Source of the DNA: Minisyncoccota bacterium
GTDB taxonomy: Bacteria > Patescibacteriota > Minisyncoccia > UBA6257 > GWB1-50-10
Assembly (NCBI GenBank): GCA_020059915.1
Contig: JAGVBB010000003.1
Location: 233,625 to 297,624 of the forward strand
Length of the DNA: 64,000 bases
Direction of reading: 5' to 3'
The notes under the pieces were generated by a model that did no database searches, was not told the origin of the DNA, and was given only the letters and a program-made list of their open reading frames with translations. This document shows positions 55,488 to 63,790 of the stretch, one piece after another. The first letter of the stretch is position 1. Every line of letters starts with the position of its first letter. A program made the position numbers and the translations under genes.

Positions 55488-58400
55488 TTATTTCTCCTTG
55501 AGAATAAACGATGGAGTTTCCTTTTGATCTTTGCTATATGTTGGCCACTCCTTCCAGTCATGGCGGTTACCAATAAGGCGATACGAAAATTCTGTCGGTT
55601 CATCTGCAAAGAATTTAATTGTTTTTCCGCTAATTATGTATCCCACACCAACCGTCGTCCCATACGGAGTTGTAATCGCTTGTACATTATCTTTTCCAAA
55701 ATCAACCGCCTGATACCAAAGCCACAAGTCGGAACCTCGTTCAATATTTGAGAAATCAATGACATATTGATACTCAGTTCCTCCAAATCCTAATTTCGAA
55801 CCTTGCCTACCGCCTGCCTGTCCGGTAGGCAGGGCAGACAGGTTTTGAATTTCTAAACAATTTTCTAAATCAGAATTCTCTAAACTATTTTGAGTTTTGA
55901 TATTTGAATTTTGGCATTGTTTAGAGTTTAGGGTTTCAGATTTAGAGTTTTGAAGAGTGAGTTGGCCTCGTCCAACGAACTCTTCTTTCACTCCTCCCGC
56001 AATTGAGGATGTATATGTTGCATATTTCTTTCCATCAATTTCATACAACGGGTCGATGGTCTGCACGGTAATTTTTCCAATAGAACCAATGTTTCCTCCA
56101 CTCAAAGTTATACTACTTGACGCATTCATCGTAAGATTTCCATTGATCGTCACCTGATTGTTAAACCATGATGTTCCTGATACATACAATCGATGAGTTC
56201 CTGGGTTTGTTGTGCCGACTGCAAGCTGTCCATTCATATAATTGATTCCCGTTCCATCAGATTGCACAGCACCAGCAAATTTTAATGATGTTCCCGTATT
56301 TGCAGGATCAATATAATAGGTGGGGTCGTTGTAGTCATAGTACTTGGTTGCACTGAGTGTATCAGTGAGTTGTCCCTGTCCAATAACATCAAGTTTGAGT
56401 GACGGACCTGCTCCACCAATGATTACTTTTCCTGTAGTGGCTGCAAGGGTTGAAGTACCCGATACATACATGGTGGCAAAGGATGCGGTTGAGGTTCCAC
56501 TTCCACCACTACCGAGAACAGAATCTACATATCCTTTTGTAGCAGCATGACCAGAATCACCTGGTGAACCAACAAAGATTGGATTTTCAAATTTAGCCGT
56601 TCCATTCACGTGAAGTAGATATGCGGGAGTGGTGGTACCGATACCGACATAACCACTTTCTCTAATGGACATTCTTTCTACTAAAGCTCCATCAACTATA
56701 GGATTTCTAACAAAAAACCCTAATCTTTGTTTATTGGTTATAGCATTGTTGTCTTCAATATTTATCCTTTTTATACCAACTGCATCAAAAAGATTAGTTG
56801 TAGCATTATAATAACCCCTAAATATAAGACCGCCATTTTCTCCACCAGTTGCATTTCGTTCTGAAAGATATATCTTTGCGGCATCGGCAGTTGCAGACGA
56901 AATTTCAAGTAACGATCCTGGATTTGTTGTTCCAATACCAACATTGCCATCCCCACTTATACTCATCGCATTCACCCAACTAAATGTCGATCCAGCAGTA
57001 CCGGTTGGTGCAACTTTGAAATCCATTGATCCAGCCGCATCTGAGTTCCAACCAATTCTCCCCGCACCACTAGCCAGAATGCGCTGCCACGCACCACCAC
57101 TATTAAAGAACGCATTGTTAACAATATAAGAATCTGCGGCAGAATCTCTTTGCATAATGTTAACAGGACCAAACATATTAAATTGATATCCTGCGTTTAC
57201 CGTTGAATAACCAGTTGAACCAACATGAAAACGTCCTTGTGGAGAAGCGTTCCCAATACCAGCGCGACCACTTGGAGTAACAGTAAATACCTCTCCACCG
57301 CCCGTTGAAGAATATGCGCGGATTAACAATGCTCCCGCATCACTTGAATAATTTTCTATATTTACAAGTTTTTGAGTTCCCACAGCTGTATTTTTTACTC
57401 TTAATAATTCATTTGTTGATGTGTCATATACTTCAAGTTTTGCGGCGGGGCTGGTTGCCCCAATACCAACCCTTCCATTGCCACCAGATGCGGAGAGAAA
57501 TGCAAAATTATTATTTGAATAAAAATTAGTAATAGCACTTGTTTGATCAATAGCAAATTGTCCAGTTCCATCTCCTATTGTAAAATCATTACCAGCATAG
57601 TTTGCTAGTGCTCCTATTTGTAATTTATTTGCGGGTGCCGTTGTCCCAATACCTACCCTCTCATTCGTCGCGTCAACTTTCAACACATTATTCGTACTTG
57701 CCGCTGCTTCAAATGTATAATTTCCTTTTCCTGCAGTGTATCCAAAGGTTCCTGCAGAGACATTACTTGCCCCCACATTTGTTGTCATTGTTCCCCCCGT
57801 TGTTATATTTCCCGAAACATACGCATTCCCCTGCACATGTAACGCCTGTGTCGGCGTTGATGTTCCAATCGCAACCCAATCGGTTGTGGTGGTGAGTGTC
57901 ACATAGGTCCCCGTTCGCGACCACCCCACAGAATTTCCCCCACCCCCCGCAGTTAACTGGATTGATCCATCAGGAAACTTGAACCCTCCTGTTGTTGACT
58001 CAACCACCCCCGCAACAGAAAGTTTTTGCGCTGGATTTGTAATACCTATCCCAACACTTCCATTAAAATATGATTTTGCAGAGCCAGTTGAATATACCGA
58101 ATAAAAATTATTTCCTCCATTATTTACATTAAGTTCAATACCAGAATTTGCTCCCGTTCCCGTTGATGTATTGGAAACCTTAATGCCAGATGTCTGCCAT
58201 GTTGGAGCACCACTTATATTGATATCAATTCCATAATTAATAACATCAGTTTGTGCATTTGTGGTAATTGCCAATTTTTGATTTGGATTTGTTATTCCAA
58301 TACCAACATTGCCCGTTGGGCTTATTGTCATTCTTTCTACTGGAATATCGTTTCCACTACCCGTTATACCAGTTCCTGATTTTGTAGCAAAAACAAGATA

Positions 58401-59504
58401 ATCCCGTTCGCTTCCAGCAGTATCATTTAATCTTGTACCAATCCATGCTTGTGGTGATCCATTGAATGTCGTTCCACCTTGATAATTTAATAAATGGTTG
58501 AATGCAATGCCTGAATAATAAGATCCGACTGTTGTGGACCTATCATGTAACGGGCCTAATTGTATGTTATATACATTTGAATTTATTGATATGTTTCCAG
58601 TACTCGGTCCCTCAATATGTGCACTTCCATTATATAAATGTAACTTTGCGCTTGGACTAGTTGTCCCAATGCCAACCTTTCCACCAGCCGGGTTTAATAA
58701 AAGTCCGTATTGAGTAGCGGATTGTAAGGTTGTATAACCAGTAGAACCATTATAAAGTTCAAGTGTTGCGTTGTAAGAATTTCCATTTGTCCCCCAACCA
58801 TTCCCTTGTCCAATTTTTCCACCATTCGATAACGCGATATCTCCAAAAACCTCCAATTTTTTACTTGGACTCATCACCCCAATTCCAACATTTCCCGCAA
58901 CATACAATCCGTTTGTTGGTAGCCTCGCAATTGAGGAGGTTCCCACACCAAGTGCGCTTGGAAATGCATAGTTCGTTGATTGGAACGCTCCCCCTGTGAT
59001 ACTCGACGGAGAGAGTTGCCCAACAAACGCCGCCTCGGTTTGTATACTTCCCCCAACATGCAAAGTTGAACTTGCTATCCCCACAGGACCAATACCAATG
59101 TTTCCATTTGGTTCAACAAAAAAACGTAATGCACCAGCAGAAAGTGCTGTTTCATCCCATAACGCCAACCGTCCATTTGGACGAGAATACCACACATATG
59201 TGTGTCCCCCCGTGGTAAGGTTCTTAAGTGCAATACCAGGATCAGATGTTGAAGCAACAGTAAATATTTTTCCAAAGCGCGCATTTGTCGGATCTCCCGT
59301 TGGTGTTGCCAAACTAGTTCCAAAACCAATGTTTCCACTCGCATCAAGCTGTAACACACCACCCCCCTGTCCCGCAGGAAGTGCCGGACCAGTGAACGCA
59401 AAAACAAAACCACCAGCAAACAAACTTGAAGCAAGTGTAAAAACTGTTATTCCAATAATTATGCGTGAGTACTTCAAAATAGTAGTGTAAAGTTCAAACT
59501 TCAA
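55488..59504 (-). CDS. Large GIGT-repeat fibre-like protein with C-terminal cap domain and in-frame repeat insertion
   Basis: More than ten G.VGIG..P..L.V repeats, FKFPDGS, ATKGYVD, DPLYEIDGKKYATY...GGVKEE...FSYRL; TTG start uncertain. Confidence 0.85.
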   Translation of the reverse strand: MKFELYTTILKYSRIIIGITVFTLASSLFAGGFVFAFTGPALPAGQGGGVLQLDASGNIGFGTSLATPTGDPTNARFGKIFTVASTSDPGIALKNLTTGGHTYVWYSRPNGRLALWDETALSAGALRFFVEPNGNIGIGPVGIASSTLHVGGSIQTEAAFVGQLSPSSITGGAFQSTNYAFPSALGVGTSSIARLPTNGLYVAGNVGIGVMSPSKKLEVFGDIALSNGGKIGQGNGWGTNGNSYNATLELYNGSTGYTTLQSATQYGLLLNPAGGKVGIGTTSPSAKLHLYNGSAHIEGPSTGNISINSNVYNIQLGPLHDRSTTVGSYYSGIAFNHLLNYQGGTTFNGSPQAWIGTRLNDTAGSERDYLVFATKSGTGITGSGNDIPVERMTISPTGNVGIGITNPNQKLAITTNAQTDVINYGIDINISGAPTWQTSGIKVSNTSTGTGANSGIELNVNNGGNNFYSVYSTGSAKSYFNGSVGIGITNPAQKLSVAGVVESTTGGFKFPDGSIQLTAGGGGNSVGWSRTGTYVTLTTTTDWVAIGTSTPTQALHVQGNAYVSGNITTGGTMTTNVGASNVSAGTFGYTAGKGNYTFEAAASTNNVLKVDATNERVGIGTTAPANKLQIGALANYAGNDFTIGDGTGQFAIDQTSAITNFYSNNNFAFLSASGGNGRVGIGATSPAAKLEVYDTSTNELLRVKNTAVGTQKLVNIENYSSDAGALLIRAYSSTGGGEVFTVTPSGRAGIGNASPQGRFHVGSTGYSTVNAGYQFNMFGPVNIMQRDSAADSYIVNNAFFNSGGAWQRILASGAGRIGWNSDAAGSMDFKVAPTGTAGSTFSWVNAMSISGDGNVGIGTTNPGSLLEISSATADAAKIYLSERNATGGENGGLIFRGYYNATTNLFDAVGIKRINIEDNNAITNKQRLGFFVRNPIVDGALVERMSIRESGYVGIGTTTPAYLLHVNGTAKFENPIFVGSPGDSGHAATKGYVDSVLGSGGSGTSTASFATMYVSGTSTLAATTGKVIIGGAGPSLKLDVIGQGQLTDTLSATKYYDYNDPTYYIDPANTGTSLKFAGAVQSDGTGINYMNGQLAVGTTNPGTHRLYVSGTSWFNNQVTINGNLTMNASSSITLSGGNIGSIGKITVQTIDPLYEIDGKKYATYTSSIAGGVKEEFVGRGQLTLQNSKSETLNSKQCQNSNIKTQNSLENSDLENCLEIQNLSALPTGQAGGRQGSKLGFGGTEYQYVIDFSNIERGSDLWLWYQAVDFGKDNVQAITTPYGTTVGVGYIISGKTIKFFADEPTEFSYRLIGNRHDWKEWPTYSKDQKETPSFILKEK
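55785..55950. mobile_element. Inverted heptad-arm element, copy G, in frame inside 55488..59504, with nested palindromes (55801-55842)
   Basis: Reverse complement aligns with copy B (AAACTCTAA...CAAAACTCAAAATA.TTTAGA...TTGTTTAGA). Confidence 0.8.
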
Positions 59505-59578
59505 AGTGCAAAATTGTATCTAAAAACCTTTAAACCTTTTAATTTCAGCTTTGCGTTTTGAGATTTGCTCTTTGATTT
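59485..59578. repeat. Heptad-arm element, second family (copy 2)
   Basis: Aligns with 32977-33077. Confidence 0.6.
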
Positions 59579-59705
59579 TTTTTACTAGACTCCTCCTTAT
59601 TTCATTATACCAAAAAACCGCCCACAGGCGGTTTTCAATTTTAATTTATAAATTTCAAATCTCTATTACTCCGACATCTAGCCCCTAACCCCCAATCACT
59701 ATCCC

Positions 59706-60299
59706 CTATTTTTGATTCACAATAAGCGTTCCCGTCACCTCTTTCCCACAAATATCTTTACAATAGAATCCATATTTTCCAAACGGATATCCTTGGAATT
59801 GAATCTTCATTGATGTCCCCTTCTCAATGGTTCGGTACACCCCAAAATCAGGGAAGAACACATTGTATTTGGCATCCACTGCAGTGAAGTTGATGTCAAT
59901 CACATCTCCCTCATTCACCACCAAGGTTGATGGAACATATTTCCCTCCCTCACCCTTCATTTCAAATTGTCTGAATGCACTTGGTCCAGTTTCCAAAACA
60001 TTTGTTGGTACTGCAACATCTGTTGGTGTTGATGACGCGCCAACCTCAGGTGTCTTTATGGTTTCATCAACAACAATACGAGTCCCCCCCTCAACGGTGG
60101 GAAGTGCATTCTCCTGTTCTGGACGAAACGTGTCGGTCCCTGGAGTATTCACTCCTGATGTGGTTGTCGTACTGATTGAAACCTCTGGCATCGTGCTCTT
60201 CTTTCCAAACCATCCCTGACTCGAACCTATTGAAAGAATAGCGACAAGCACCACAACAACCGCGACCCCGATGATAACTTTTGTTTGTTTTTGATCCAT
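59706..60299 (-). CDS. Membrane-anchored cupredoxin-fold protein (CxxxC, canonical His/Met absent)
   Basis: Y.PSTLVVNEGD.I...FTAVD..Y...FPD, GKY.FYCKDICG...GTLIV. Confidence 0.8.
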   Translation of the reverse strand: MDQKQTKVIIGVAVVVVLVAILSIGSSQGWFGKKSTMPEVSISTTTTSGVNTPGTDTFRPEQENALPTVEGGTRIVVDETIKTPEVGASSTPTDVAVPTNVLETGPSAFRQFEMKGEGGKYVPSTLVVNEGDVIDINFTAVDAKYNVFFPDFGVYRTIEKGTSMKIQFQGYPFGKYGFYCKDICGKEVTGTLIVNQK

Positions 60300-60406
60300 G
60301 GCTCTTATATATAGTATAACACGTTAGAATTACAAAATTTCGAATTTCAAGTTTCAAATTAAGGACCCAATTCTCCCATTTGAAATTTGTAAATTATAAA
60401 TTGAAA

Positions 60407-60931
60407 TTACCTTGGTAGTACAATAAACTTCCCGCTTATCTTTTCCCCATTGGGACATTTGTCACGACATTCAAACAAGAACGTTCCCACAGTATCAGGA
60501 ATGAACGTTATCTGTTTTGTTTCTCCTTGTCCGACAAGCGCATAGGTTCCGTATTGCGGAATTGAAAAATCATACTCTCCATCAACTCCCGTTACTTTTA
60601 CTTTCACAAAATCATCTTTTTTTACCGTAAGATTGGTTTCCGAAAATCCATTTTTTGAGATTTGTATCTCATAGACTCCAAATGAACTATTTGATCCGCC
60701 AACAGCATATGTTACTTCTGGTTTTGTTGGTGTGGCATTTTCCGGAACGTCTGGAACAAATTCAACGCGTTGTGTTCCTGTTGCAGAAACATCGTTTGGA
60801 ACTTTTTCATTTTGTATCGGTTCATTGGTTACTTCCTTTTGTTGTGTCACCCCAAAAATTACCACCACAATCACAAATACAACTAATGCTCCAAGAATCA
60901 ACCATTGTTTTTTTGTCATCTGCATTTCCAT
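60407..60931 (-). CDS. Membrane-anchored cupredoxin-fold protein (CxxxC, canonical His/Met absent)
   Basis: GF....LTVKK.D.V...VTGVD..YDFSIP, GTF.FECRDKCP...GKFIV. Confidence 0.8.
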   Translation of the reverse strand: MEMQMTKKQWLILGALVVFVIVVVIFGVTQQKEVTNEPIQNEKVPNDVSATGTQRVEFVPDVPENATPTKPEVTYAVGGSNSSFGVYEIQISKNGFSETNLTVKKDDFVKVKVTGVDGEYDFSIPQYGTYALVGQGETKQITFIPDTVGTFLFECRDKCPNGEKISGKFIVLPR

Positions 60932-60965
60932 ATATTCATTATATCAATATTATAAAAATCGAGCG

Positions 60966-61154
60966 TTATAAAACGCTCGATAATATAAACCAGATCACTG
61001 ACGCAAAAAATCCGAAAGTTCCAATAATGGTGAGGACCAACCATATTGCAGTGTTTCTTTTTGGGTTTTCAGAAAACAACATAAGAAGTAGAAAAGAGAC
61101 ACCAGCAAGGACAATTGAAACTATGATGAAAATTATTGGTAATGAAATGTACAT
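60966..61154 (-). CDS. Small two-TM hypothetical protein
   Basis: Hydrophobic 62-aa ORF directly after 61163..61375. Confidence 0.5.
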   Translation of the reverse strand: MYISLPIIFIIVSIVLAGVSFLLLMLFSENPKRNTAIWLVLTIIGTFGFFASVIWFILSSVL

Positions 61155-61162
61155 GCACCCCC

Positions 61163-61375
61163 CTATCTTTCAAATGTTGAAGAAAAAAAATAAAGAAGCA
61201 TCCACAAAAACGAGAGGGCAACAGCACACCCACCAAGAAACACATAATGACAACCGCGCCGTGATTTTTTTTCTGATGAGAAAAAAGTTACTCTAGTTAT
61301 GATTACAATTTCTATAACAAGTGTAACAAGAAATACAAAAACACATAACGGCATTGAAGAGCCAAATAGTTCCAT
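61163..61375 (-). CDS. Small two-TM hypothetical protein
   Basis: AGGAGG SD; two hydrophobic segments. Confidence 0.55.
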   Translation of the reverse strand: MELFGSSMPLCVFVFLVTLVIEIVIITRVTFFSSEKKSRRGCHYVFLGGCAVALSFLWMLLYFFSSTFER

Positions 61376-61492
61376 AAAACCTCCTATTACATAGTAAATA
61401 TTCTACCCATATTAAACCACATACAAAAAGATTTTACAAGAATAAAATTTAGTGATAGGATACCATTAATTTGAACATTAACAGGAGTATAT

Positions 61493-61804
61493 ATGGATTT
61501 AGGAGTATATTTGCTCATACTAAATTTCGTTGGAATTATTAGTGCAATATCATTCTCCCAAAAAACGAAATTAATTGGATTCCACTATTTTTTTATGTCA
61601 CTACTTAGGGGTCTCTTTGCGGGCGCGGTTGGTATATGGACCGCAATCATCCTCTATTGGTATTTTGGGCTCCCAAAACAAGATGGATTTTTTTATGGAT
61701 TACTTTTTATCCAACTTGGAATACTTCATACCGGTTTTTGTCTTTTGAATCGTCTTATACATTTTCCACATAATTCTCCACCAAATAACAGATTAAAATT
61801 TTAA
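61493..61804 (+). CDS. Small three-TM hypothetical protein
   Basis: AGGAG SD; ends at hairpin 61804-61825. Confidence 0.6.
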   Translation: MDLGVYLLILNFVGIISAISFSQKTKLIGFHYFFMSLLRGLFAGAVGIWTAIILYWYFGLPKQDGFFYGLLFIQLGILHTGFCLLNRLIHFPHNSPPNNRLKF

Positions 61805-61829
61805 TCCCGCCGATGGCGGGATTTTTCTA

Positions 61830-62141
61830 CTATACTTTTTTAACTTTTACTTCAGTGAATGGTTGTCGGTGTCCTTTTAATTTTCGGTACCGTGTTTTTG
61901 AATGGTATCGGAAAACAATTTTTTTATCTGCCTTCCCCGCATCAACAACCTCTGCCTCTATTGCAGCGTCTTTGATATATGGGGTTCCAATTTCTACTGT
62001 ATCTCCATCAGCAATAAGTAGCACCTTATCAAGTGAGAGCTTTTCACCTTTTTGTGTATCAAGCTTCTCCACTTTTACCTTGGTTCCAAGTTCTACTTTG
62101 TATTGTTTTCCACCTGTTTCTATAATTGCAAACTTTGACAT
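61830..62141 (-). CDS. rplU: 50S ribosomal protein L21
   Basis: FAIIETGGKQYKV, IGTPY, GHRQPFT; start moved to ATG 62141. Confidence 0.96.
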   Translation of the reverse strand: MSKFAIIETGGKQYKVELGTKVKVEKLDTQKGEKLSLDKVLLIADGDTVEIGTPYIKDAAIEAEVVDAGKADKKIVFRYHSKTRYRKLKGHRQPFTEVKVKKV

Positions 62142-62184
62142 AACACATATGATGGTACCGAAAGTCTTCATCTATGTCAAATAT

Positions 62185-62303
62185 AATTTTCAAACCTCCA
62201 ATTACCAATTTTCATTGAATTTTCAAGAACCAATGATTTAAACTGTTTGATTATTGAGTCATTGAATATTGGTTGGAAATTGTAAAATTGAATATTGTAA
62301 ATT
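62185..62303. repeat. Heptamer-periodic inverted-arm element (CAA/TTG type)
   Basis: Left ..TTTTCAA ACCTCCAA TTACCAA.., right ..TTGGAAA TTGTAAAA TTGAATA TTGTAAA. Confidence 0.5.
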
Positions 62304-62337
62304 AAAAAACCGCCCCGAAGGGCAGTTTTTTTGTTTG

Positions 62338-63015
62338 TTATTCTACGTGCTCGCGCAACTTTGAAATAAGTGACGCAGCATACTCCTTCCCACCCAATCC
62401 AAATGCGATACCACCAGCAATTGCAATCATTGCAACAAACCCTGTTACTAATGACTGAATAATCGCTACTGCGATACCGAGTTGAGTGAGCGCGGTCAAA
62501 AGACCAAATATAATCACTGCCCACCAAGTAAGTGATGAAAGGAAATTCGATGCATGTAACTTTGCTCCCTTTACTGACGCTGTTACGAGTTTCTTCAAAA
62601 CGTTTGCAATCACTACGGTTGCAAGCATGATGAGAACCGCGACAATGACGTTAGGAACGTATAAAAGCGTCTCACGAAGGAAGTTCGAAAGCGAGTAAAA
62701 TCCGAGAATATCGGTTGCTGCGAGGAGGAAAACCACCACGAGGAACCAATACACCAGCTTACCAAAGAACTTTCCACTGTTAATGTGCAAACCTGCACGG
62801 CCGAAGTATTCCTCCAAGCCCAAACTCTTCAACGCTTTGTCGAGTTTTACTAGGTTCACCACACGCTCAACGAGCGCACCAAGTCCGCCAGCAACAATAA
62901 GACCAATCAAGAGAACGATTAACGCCCCCAAGATGTTTGCAAGCACGGAGATTGATCCACTCCAAAGGTTCTGCAACGAATTCACCACCACTGCTGTCCA
63001 ATCTTGAACTACCAT
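62338..63015 (-). CDS. TM-helix-repeat membrane protein (MscS-associated/CmpX-like)
   Basis: Two TM_helix-like repeats (NILGALIVLLIG; YVPNVIVAVLI), AFGLGGKE. Confidence 0.85.
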   Translation of the reverse strand: MVVQDWTAVVVNSLQNLWSGSISVLANILGALIVLLIGLIVAGGLGALVERVVNLVKLDKALKSLGLEEYFGRAGLHINSGKFFGKLVYWFLVVVFLLAATDILGFYSLSNFLRETLLYVPNVIVAVLIMLATVVIANVLKKLVTASVKGAKLHASNFLSSLTWWAVIIFGLLTALTQLGIAVAIIQSLVTGFVAMIAIAGGIAFGLGGKEYAASLISKLREHVE

Positions 63016-63087
63016 AAATATAATGTGTTGAATGCGTATATCTTTCTTTCGACCTTTCTTGGTATTATTATATCAGTTTTATACTAT

Positions 63088-63789
63088 ATGACCATACGCG
63101 CACTTCTCCATCTTCACGCATCAGATGACCAAAAAGATTTTATACCCTTTTCCTTTGAACGGGCACTTCAAGAAGCGCAAAATCAGCATATTAATGCTAT
63201 AGCACTTACCTGCCATGATTTATTTACCGAAAAAGAAAAATACTCTGAACTTGCACAAACATATGGAATATTATTTATATCCGGTATTGAAAAAATAATA
63301 GAAGGAAAAGATGTAGTTATTCTTAATGGTGACGCACTAGTGATGGATATAAAAACATTTGAGGATTTACGTACATATAAAAGAACGCACCCTAACTGCT
63401 TCATTGTCGCACCACACCCGTACTTCCCTGGTGGTTATTCACTCAAACACAAACTAGAAGAATACAAAGATTGTTTTGACGCTATTGAACTCTCTTGGTT
63501 CTATTCAAAATCGATTGATTTCAATAAAAAAGCAAAACTATTTGCCGAACAACATAGTATCCCCTATATTGCAACACCGGATGCACACCGCATACAACAA
63601 TTATGCGCCGGATATATTATTGCAGAAGCATTTGAGTTTTCGGAACTTGGATTATTTGACGCAATAAAAAAACAAAAATATAAAAATGTAACTGAACCTA
63701 AAAAACTGTATCAACTTATTTCTTATTGGATTATCTTTTTATTTTCACAAATCGGAAAACATAAGAAAACAAGAAAAACACTTTCTTAA
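63088..63789 (+). CDS. PHP domain protein
   Basis: LHLH, ALTCHD, GIE, APHPY, DAIE, DAH; start moved to ATG 63088. Confidence 0.85.
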   Translation: MTIRALLHLHASDDQKDFIPFSFERALQEAQNQHINAIALTCHDLFTEKEKYSELAQTYGILFISGIEKIIEGKDVVILNGDALVMDIKTFEDLRTYKRTHPNCFIVAPHPYFPGGYSLKHKLEEYKDCFDAIELSWFYSKSIDFNKKAKLFAEQHSIPYIATPDAHRIQQLCAGYIIAEAFEFSELGLFDAIKKQKYKNVTEPKKLYQLISYWIIFLFSQIGKHKKTRKTLS

Positions 63790-63790
63790 T

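Noticed and set aside
35679-59504. Diversity-generating retroelement (Avd-like helix bundle near lectin-like tips)
   Set aside because: No reverse transcriptase and no template/variable repeat pair differing at adenines was seen; a trans-acting DGR elsewhere cannot be excluded
35679-59504. Prophage tail module
   Set aside because: The fibre-like proteins have signal peptides; no capsid, terminase, portal, baseplate or integrase genes
2969-63667. Many short antisense or alternate-frame ORFs (e.g. 40389..41039, 49237..49821, 54474..55058, 60655..61296, 61813..62241)
   Set aside because: Shadows of longer genes with recognisable motifs; no independent signals
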